13,415 nucleotides of DNA, taken from Nitrospinaceae bacterium. Its GTDB lineage: Bacteria > Nitrospinota > Nitrospinia > Nitrospinales > Nitrospinaceae. Position numbers and translations under genes: made by a program. The notes under the pieces are model-generated. The model was not told the origin of the DNA. It made no database searches and saw only the letters and a list, made by a program, of their open reading frames with translations. Position 1 is the first letter of the stretch. Each line of letters begins with the position of its first letter. Positions 7,421-13,415 of the stretch are shown here, in pieces. The stretch is from assembly GCA_965223665.1 (NCBI GenBank), contig CBDCXH010000003.1, forward strand, positions 1 through 13,415, read 5' to 3'.

Positions 7421-7652
7421 TTCATCACCTGTATTTGTGGAAATAGGCCTTTGCAGCTAACAGAACCGCTGTCAGTTCAGAATATTCTCAGATTAATCCA
7501 CAAAAAATCAAGAAGCTACATCATAGGGCGTGCTAATTGAAGATAATTAAGTGATGTTTCTTACCTTCTATAATTTTAACCAGACTCAAGAAGAGTGTTT
7601 ATTTGAGGATTAAACGGCTGACCCGCTCCTGTAAGTTGTACAACAGATGAAT

Positions 7653-7676
7653 GTCCGCATCTGGCCGACTACTGAC
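7653..7676 (+). repeat. Site S5: 9-6-9 imperfect palindrome, putative recombination site
   Basis: GTCCGCATC-TGGCCG-ACTACTGAC; 75 nt beyond the stop of the last core gene (7752). Confidence 0.7.
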
Positions 7677-7751
7677 GACCCTATACTGACAAACCCCCAT
7701 AATCCATTCCAGATATTAAACCAATCATTTAGAAAACCTACTTAGCAATTT

Positions 7752-8057
7752 TCATTTATCAATTAAACCCACCAACCAATTCAATTCACGCCTTACCCTC
7801 ATAGAATCTTTTCTTTGTTGAATAACTTCTGTAGAACGGTTCCCGTGTTTCCAGTTGGCCTTATGACTGCGTTCCAAACCTTCCAACGTGCGAGGTCCTG
7901 TGCTCTTACCCCCATGCAATCGACAACGTCCATTTTTCATTGCGGGACATTGGCAAGGAGTTCCTTTTCTAGTTTTTGCCCCACACCGAGGTGCTTGGTT
8001 GGCATAGTTTAAACCTATCTTCCAAATGGGTTGATGGGGTTCATTGATGTTTATCAT
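7752..8057 (-). CDS. HGGxSTG-domain protein
   Basis: 101 aa: RCGAKTRKGTPCQCPAMKNGRCRLHGGKSTGPRTLEG...KANWKHG. Overlaps the upstream gene by 17 nt. Confidence 0.9.
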   Translation of the reverse strand: MININEPHQPIWKIGLNYANQAPRCGAKTRKGTPCQCPAMKNGRCRLHGGKSTGPRTLEGLERSHKANWKHGNRSTEVIQQRKDSMRVRRELNWLVGLIDK

Positions 8058-8751
8058 GATCCCCCCTTGTATCTAAGGCCCCGGTGACTACTGCTTGGCC
8101 TCCATCCTTAACGTTGATATGTTGCACAGTGATGGTTTGGTTTCCTCCCTTTCGAAGTTTATGGAGAGCCATTAAACCTTTCTGAAAACTATCCATCATT
8201 CTTGCAGAAGCATTGGATGCTCGTATAGACTCTAATGAATAATATTCCTTACTTTGGAAGGTGATTGCTTTATCACTTTCATTCAAATTGCTCAGTGAAC
8301 GACTGGCAAATGTCATTGCTAATTTATGAGCGGCCCCTAATTGGTGAGCCAACATTTTTTCCAATGAGTTCTTAGCTTGGATAGTTTCAGCCGCATCCAG
8401 AGCGAGTCCGGTGCAGTCTGTATCGAATATCAATTGCAGTCGTTCTTGACTCGCTTCAGCAGTTACATTATCAGGTTTTTCGACGGTATTAATCAAAGCG
8501 GGTAATTCCTCAACTCTTTCTTTGGACAATGATAATTCACCACCACAACCCACAGTGGGATGCTCATTCTCTGGAATTTTTATGGCTTCCTGAACCTGCT
8601 CTTCTAACTCATTTGCATCCAAACGCATGAAACTGGCTCCCAATTTATCTACACAAGGAGGAGATTCCAGTTCATTAGCCGTAGCTCTCAGGTTTTTTAC
8701 TTCAACCTTATCTCTTAATGCTTTTTTTAATTTATCTTTTGGCTTTGACAT
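8041..8751 (-). CDS. Conserved hypothetical protein of the type found upstream of HGGxSTG genes
   Basis: 236 aa with LALDAAETIQAKNSLEKMLAHQL...ARMMDSFQKGLMALHKLRKGGNQTITVQHINVKDGGQAVV; recalled as a recurrent neighbour of HGGxSTG genes in integrated elements. Confidence 0.75.
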   Translation of the reverse strand: MSKPKDKLKKALRDKVEVKNLRATANELESPPCVDKLGASFMRLDANELEEQVQEAIKIPENEHPTVGCGGELSLSKERVEELPALINTVEKPDNVTAEASQERLQLIFDTDCTGLALDAAETIQAKNSLEKMLAHQLGAAHKLAMTFASRSLSNLNESDKAITFQSKEYYSLESIRASNASARMMDSFQKGLMALHKLRKGGNQTITVQHINVKDGGQAVVTGALDTRGDHDKHQ

Positions 8752-8785
8752 AATTCATCCAAATGAAATTAGAATTATATGCTTA

Positions 8786-9085
8786 TTAATTTTTCCAATG
8801 TTTTTGCAATTCTTCTCTAATATCCTGAATTTTCATGCTACCTGGTTTCCACCAATGGTACTTTTGATTGCAATCAAAAGGAATTACTAAACTTTTTTGT
8901 TCATTTAAATAAGGTTTGGGTGCTAACTTTTTAATTATTTGAATTAATTGAGGCTTAAAACACTTTATTTGTTCAATCAGTTCTTCCTCAATAGGTTGAT
9001 TTCCTGCGCACTTTAATTGGTTTCCTTCAACACTTAACTCAAAACCTTTTTTTTGTATTTCTTTCAAAAATTGCTGAGGGGTCAT
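8786..9085 (-). CDS. Small protein with a TubC N-terminal docking domain-like region
   Basis: 99 aa: FLKEIQKKGFELSVEGNQLKC...LIEQIKCFKPQLIQII. Its start overlaps the primase stop as ATGA (9082-9085). Confidence 0.65.
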   Translation of the reverse strand: MTPQQFLKEIQKKGFELSVEGNQLKCAGNQPIEEELIEQIKCFKPQLIQIIKKLAPKPYLNEQKSLVIPFDCNQKYHWWKPGSMKIQDIREELQKHWKN

Positions 9086-11547
9086 ATCTTTACCTCATGT
9101 ATAGAAGAGTCCAGATTTCCTTTAGATTTCTTAGGAAAAACGCCGTTATCGCCGTCCGGGCCGAACAAATCTTTATTTTTAAAGGTTGTATTTTTTGGCG
9201 GCCTTTTGTCGGCGTTGGCCTGGGTCGACAAATCCTCGTCAACAAGGAACTCTTTATTTATAAAGGAGTTATTCTCCATTACGTTGGTCATGTCGGCCTG
9301 TTCGACATTTTCCGGAACTTTTCTAAATGTGACAATTTTTCGACCAGTGCCTTTTTTTCGTTGATCAAAATCGACTTCGATTCCGATTTCCAGCAGGGTA
9401 GGAGCCAACCTCCTGACTCGGTTCGAAAGTACGCTTGGAGATTTGGGCCATTGTTTGTTTCCACTGACTCTGAAATCTATCTGTTTACCGAGTGCGGAAA
9501 ACAAATCTGAAAAGCTACCTTCCCATTTTTCTTGCATGACAATGAATTGAATAATGGCCTGGGCCAATACATCTGTTTCAAGACTGTTTTCAATCGCTAA
9601 GGCAAGGTTATTCTCATATTCTTTTAGAAAAGATCCAGATTCCCAACCTAGAAATGATTCAGCAGCCGTAACCCACTTTGCAAAATCGGCCATGCGAGGA
9701 TACGAATTCAAGGTTACCTTTTCGTATTCCTTTAGGGCATGACAAACAGTATCCAATAACGCTCCTAAAATTTTGGGACGGGCTTCTTCAAAATCTTTTA
9801 ACAAAGTTTTTTCGTCTTTCCTTTTTTCTCTTGGGATTCTTGGCAGGAAAAAAATTAAAGATCTGTCTCTAAGGTCATCCCGTTTGCAGATGTCATCAAT
9901 ACCATTCAGAATCATGGGACGCTGGGAATCAAAAATGATCTCTTCGGAATCGGTATATAATTCTCGGGTGCTAAATCCTCCCCCAGTCGATAGTCTGCAG
10001 AAAGCATCGGATAGCCACGGGGGAATACCACTCAAATTGTCAAAGGCTAATATCCAAGAGTTTCTGGCGCTGATCATCAGATCTCGGCACTCTTTCGGTG
10101 TACTTCTCAATTGCGATATTGAAGGATCGACTACAGAACGGATGATGCGACTGAAGGTTGACTTGGCAGAACCGTGTTCGCCTTGAATGACCAATATAGG
10201 AAAAGGGCCTTTGGATTTTAAAGCTGCGATCAAATAACCCACGACCAATTTTTTCTGGTCCTCACGAATATTAATGAATTTAAACAATTCATCAACCTTA
10301 CCCCCAGATACTGGATGAGGAAGGGGACCCATTCCCCTCGCCCGGACAAATTTAACCGGAGATTGGGAAATAACTTTCCAACCTGTGCAAGTGATTTCTA
10401 CGACTTCCCATTTGTCATTGCACAGATCTAGGTAAATATTTCCATCCGCTTCACCTATTCGTGTATAAACTGGAATGGTTTTGCCTTCAAATCTAGCTCT
10501 GCCTTCCAAAATTCCTAAGGCATCGCTTAGAGCTTGATTTCCTGGGGGCTTATTGAACTGAGAGAAAAATTTATGACCTAGCCATAACTTGAAACTCTTC
10601 GATCGGACTTGACTGGTTTCGTTATGGTCCTCTACCAGATAAGTTACATAGGCTGTCCCATCAGGGTTGTGAAAAAATTCGCAACTAGAGGTCAGGTCAA
10701 TCAACGACTGCGCTTGGGTTGGTTTTTCATCCCCTGAAAGATCAGAGAAAGAGCCATTAGAGATAGTTACGTGCGAATCGGGAATATTTTCTTCACCAAA
10801 ATAACTCGCATAGCTTCCTTGGTATATAGGAGCTTCATCGACTAACTTCTTTAATTCTTCAATTGAATTTTCCTCAAGGTAATCAGAAACGTCACAGCCT
10901 GATTTGCAGTCCTTAAATCGAATGATTTTGATGGACTGAGCATATTTAAAAAGATGTTCCGAAACCAATTTGCCATGAGCACGTCCCTTTTCATCATTGT
11001 CTTCAATAATCACTACTTCCCGATCTTTAAAGTAGAGATTGTATTCTGATTTCCATTTTGCCTCACCATCGAAGTTGGTGGTTGCCGCAAGGTTATGTTT
11101 GGATAAGTTATCTGCATCCTTTTCACCTCCCACCAAATAAACTGTTCCTGTACTCTTTAATAACTCTGGAAGTCTATAAAGGACCCGTTTGGTGTTGCCA
11201 AGTTTCCAAGTCCAGCCTCCTGATCGTTTTGGTTTTCTAAGTCGAAATTCTTTAGAAGGGTATCTTACTTTTTGAAAAAGGAGATTCCCAGTCTCATCAT
11301 GATAAGGATATACTTTGATTATTGTTTCTGAATTGCCATCTTCTAGTCTACCCTTCCAACCACAGTGGTGACAAAACCAAACCCGTTTGTCTAAATTGAC
11401 GGACAGGCATCGTGCCGTCTTCTTTTGACGCCCATGAGAACATTTTGGGCATAACGTGCTTACTTCTCCAGCTTGTTTCTCATCAATCTGAATACCAAAG
11501 TCAGCAATCGAAATAGCCTCTTTTAATTTTTCTTTATCAATATTCAT
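9082..11547 (-). CDS. Primase-helicase: Zn ribbon + TOPRIM + C-terminal ATPase (SF3-like)
   Basis: 821 aa. CPKC...WFCHHCGWKG zinc ribbon; TOPRIM VYLVGGEKDAD and IIEDNDEKG; Walker A-like GEHGSAKST; Walker B-like ILAFDNLS; STGGGFSTRELYTD. Start overlaps the upstream stop (TAATG). Confidence 0.85.
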   Translation of the reverse strand: MNIDKEKLKEAISIADFGIQIDEKQAGEVSTLCPKCSHGRQKKTARCLSVNLDKRVWFCHHCGWKGRLEDGNSETIIKVYPYHDETGNLLFQKVRYPSKEFRLRKPKRSGGWTWKLGNTKRVLYRLPELLKSTGTVYLVGGEKDADNLSKHNLAATTNFDGEAKWKSEYNLYFKDREVVIIEDNDEKGRAHGKLVSEHLFKYAQSIKIIRFKDCKSGCDVSDYLEENSIEELKKLVDEAPIYQGSYASYFGEENIPDSHVTISNGSFSDLSGDEKPTQAQSLIDLTSSCEFFHNPDGTAYVTYLVEDHNETSQVRSKSFKLWLGHKFFSQFNKPPGNQALSDALGILEGRARFEGKTIPVYTRIGEADGNIYLDLCNDKWEVVEITCTGWKVISQSPVKFVRARGMGPLPHPVSGGKVDELFKFINIREDQKKLVVGYLIAALKSKGPFPILVIQGEHGSAKSTFSRIIRSVVDPSISQLRSTPKECRDLMISARNSWILAFDNLSGIPPWLSDAFCRLSTGGGFSTRELYTDSEEIIFDSQRPMILNGIDDICKRDDLRDRSLIFFLPRIPREKRKDEKTLLKDFEEARPKILGALLDTVCHALKEYEKVTLNSYPRMADFAKWVTAAESFLGWESGSFLKEYENNLALAIENSLETDVLAQAIIQFIVMQEKWEGSFSDLFSALGKQIDFRVSGNKQWPKSPSVLSNRVRRLAPTLLEIGIEVDFDQRKKGTGRKIVTFRKVPENVEQADMTNVMENNSFINKEFLVDEDLSTQANADKRPPKNTTFKNKDLFGPDGDNGVFPKKSKGNLDSSIHEVKI

Positions 11548-11798
11548 TAATTTCCCCCCAAAACCCAGTCAAAATATTTTGGGACATTAATGATTATTTT
11601 CTTACCCAGCTTGATAATGGCCTCTGATTTTTCTAACCCATTATTTTTTCGGTTGAAAATTTGGTAGCGTAGACCTCCTTCACTAATAAAGTCATATTTG
11701 TTGCAAAATTTTGCCACTGTTAATAATTCTGGGACCTCAGTGGTTACAGGCGTAAGAAAACGATTTACCGTCTTCGAATTGTGATTTCTTTCATTCAT
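11547..11798 (-). CDS. AlpA/excisionase-like winged-helix DNA-binding protein
   Basis: LLTVAKFCNKYDFISEGGLRYQIFN...NGL...AIIKLGKKIIINVPKYFDWV. Start re-called to the ATG at 11798 (83 aa) because an AGGAG RBS precedes it. Position upstream of the primase is typical of satellites. Confidence 0.7.
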   Translation of the reverse strand: MNERNHNSKTVNRFLTPVTTEVPELLTVAKFCNKYDFISEGGLRYQIFNRKNNGLEKSEAIIKLGKKIIINVPKYFDWVLGGN

Positions 11799-11945
11799 AA
11801 ATTCAGCTCCTAAAATTGTTACCAAACAATAATCAACATCAATAAACAATATTGATTGTTTCTAACGAAATTTTAGGAATTTATGCTTTTATTTGACAGG
11901 GACATTAAAGGGGGGGAATTTGTCCTTAATTTCTGGGAGAAAAAA

Positions 11946-12767
11946 TTAAACCTTGGAGTGGGTAGGAAGATTTTTTATTCCTTTCCTTCGCAATCCTTTA
12001 ATTAAGGATTCTTTACTTTGGACAAAATCTTTGTGTTTTTTATAAACAAGGTCAATAATTTCATCTGATGTCAATCCATTTTCATATTTTTCTCCCATAA
12101 AAGTAAAGGGTTTGCCAGAGTTGGATTTTTTTATTACACGTTTTCGAGTTTCAATAATGGCTCCCCAGGGAATTGTTTTTCTTGGCGAGTTGACTAACCT
12201 AGCAACCAAACTTGCTGCTTTTTCAGTGCGTCCATGTTTCATGAAAATTCCGTCAATAAACCTTTTTAATTGAGTATGGACGAAAACTTCCTCTAAAATC
12301 TCTTCTATATAATCTATAGTAAATTCGTATTTGGTGGCAGAATCTAATGCCCTTCTAAGCAATTCGATCTCATTTTTTGTGAACTTTATTCCTTTAAATT
12401 TATTTTCTAAAATTTTTCCTTTTAGTTCTTCATAACTTTTTTTAATGGCCGATGCATTATCTACTAATTTTTTGTGAAACTCATTGAACTCACTCATTAA
12501 GGGATTATTTAGTTTTATGGTGTCCCATAAATGACCTCTTTGATGTTCTTCAAATTTTAGTAATTCTAAATCGTATTCTCCGCCAATTTCCAAACCTTCA
12601 ACCATCAAGTCAAAGTCCGATTCAGAGCCTTCAAAAAGTTTTTCAGATTGTAAGGGAATTTTATCTTTTAATTTTTCAAAACATCTTTTTTTTATTTCTT
12701 TCAAACTTAGACCTCTTTTTTCTTTTAGCCCTAAATATTTTATATAAAAAAGATAATCCAAACTCAT
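11946..12767 (-). CDS. Hypothetical protein (Lys/Glu-rich, AT-rich gene), possible regulator
   Basis: 273-aa ORF starting 2 nt after the integrase stop; no family recognised. Confidence 0.7.
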   Translation of the reverse strand: MSLDYLFYIKYLGLKEKRGLSLKEIKKRCFEKLKDKIPLQSEKLFEGSESDFDLMVEGLEIGGEYDLELLKFEEHQRGHLWDTIKLNNPLMSEFNEFHKKLVDNASAIKKSYEELKGKILENKFKGIKFTKNEIELLRRALDSATKYEFTIDYIEEILEEVFVHTQLKRFIDGIFMKHGRTEKAASLVARLVNSPRKTIPWGAIIETRKRVIKKSNSGKPFTFMGEKYENGLTSDEIIDLVYKKHKDFVQSKESLIKGLRRKGIKNLPTHSKV

Positions 12768-12769
12768 GA

Positions 12770-13415
12770 TTAAAGACCAAATATCTTTTCATTCATTTTC
12801 GATACTACGCTATGGGTATGCTGTTCTGAAAGGTGGCTGTAACGCTTCACCATCTGCAATGTTTTATGGCCAAGCACTTCTGCGATCTCAGCTAGCGAAG
12901 CACCGCTCATAGCTAGATAGGACGCAGCAGAATGCCTTAAATCATGGAACCTGAAGTTTTTGATTCCAGATTTTTTAAGCGCGTCTTCCCAGGAGGCTCT
13001 AATATCAAAAGGCTTTTTTCCGTCTTGACTAGGGAATAAATAGCGCGTATCAATCCTTCGTTTTTTGCTTAACTCTTTAATCACTTCAAGAGAACGCCCC
13101 GCAAGAGGCAAAGCCCGACGTTCATTATTTTTAGTTTGATTTAGTATCGCTACTTTTCTTTCTAAATCAATGTCGCTCCATTGCAAACTTAAAATTTCAT
13201 TTTTTCGCGCTCCGGTACTAAGAGCAACAACGACCACTGGATATAAAAAGGGATTGTCATCTTCCTGGCATACCTTCAAAAGCTTATCTCTTTCCTCATC
13301 ACTCAAGTACCTGACTCGTCCTCTGGGTTCCTTGGGCTTAGAGACTTTTCGCATTGGGGTATCATCCATCCATCCCCATTCTTTCACTGCAATGGTAAAG
13401 GCATGACTTAAAGCC
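12770..13415 (-). CDS. int: Tyrosine recombinase/phage integrase (5' part outside the window)
   Basis: Full catalytic set: TGARKNE (R), QTKN (K), HDLRH (HxxR), LGHKTLQMVKRY (H, Y). The frame stays open to the window edge (ALSHAFTIAVKEWGW), so the GTG at 13387 is internal. Confidence 0.95.
   Translation of the reverse strand, partial: ALSHAFTIAVKEWGWMDDTPMRKVSKPKEPRGRVRYLSDEERDKLLKVCQEDDNPFLYPVVVVALSTGARKNEILSLQWSDIDLERKVAILNQTKNNERRALPLAGRSLEVIKELSKKRRIDTRYLFPSQDGKKPFDIRASWEDALKKSGIKNFRFHDLRHSAASYLAMSGASLAEIAEVLGHKTLQMVKRYSHLSEQHTHSVVSKMNEKIFGL

Larger units (their letters stand above)
7752..13415 (-). mobile_element. Core of a phage-satellite-like (PICI-like) integrative element; cargo extends to the left, att ends not visible
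   Basis: Gene order int, hypothetical, AlpA-like, primase-helicase, small ORFs, HGGxSTG; all co-oriented with several overlapping start/stop codons; no structural or conjugation genes in the window. Confidence 0.75.

Noticed and set aside
1319-7676. Reading S1-S5 as integron attC sites, pdif sites or a CRISPR array
   Set aside because: They lack attC RYYYAAC/GTTRRRY ends and are too short; the arms do not match XerC/XerD consensus; spacing is over 1 kb and the copies are too divergent for CRISPR.
11799-11849. N-terminal extension of the AlpA-like ORF in the ORF track
   Set aside because: The ATG at 11798 has an AGGAG RBS and gives a size typical of this family.
1996-13406. Short ORFs nested in or antisense to the called genes (1996, 2432, 3245, 5775, 6700, 6885, 7191, 7815, 8627, 9053, 9097, 9554, 9678, 9773, 11058, 13170)
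   Set aside because: They overlap longer genes with clear family motifs and show no recognisable features; treated as shadow ORFs.
1-13415. attL/attR, tRNA target or host taxonomy
   Set aside because: No tRNA or flanking direct repeat is visible, the integrase runs off the window, and the host cannot be assigned from this sequence alone.

Overview
This window is part of an integrated phage-satellite-like (PICI-like) element. The right half (7752-13415, minus strand) is a compact, partly translationally coupled core: tyrosine integrase (cut by the window edge), a 273-aa hypothetical, an AlpA/excisionase-like HTH protein, a Zn-ribbon/TOPRIM/ATPase primase-helicase, a TubC-N-like small protein, a conserved hypothetical and an HGGxSTG protein. 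No capsid or tail genes are present in the window. The left half (1-7700) is mixed-orientation cargo: an AbiV-family HEPN protein, a TIR/NDT-like fusion protein, a TauE/SafE gene fragment, a DUF2441-like protein plus a membrane protein, two secreted proteins, and an orphan MvaI/BcnI-family nuclease. The main observation is that each boundary between cargo modules holds one clear copy of a 24-bp imperfect palindrome with 9-6-9 architecture (1319, 2672, 4401, 6239, 7653; spacer CGACCC or TGGCCG). This layout resembles tyrosine-recombinase sites but matches neither attC nor dif, so it may be a cassette array of defence and accessory genes attached to a satellite. All family calls come from motif recognition by eye; no searches were run.
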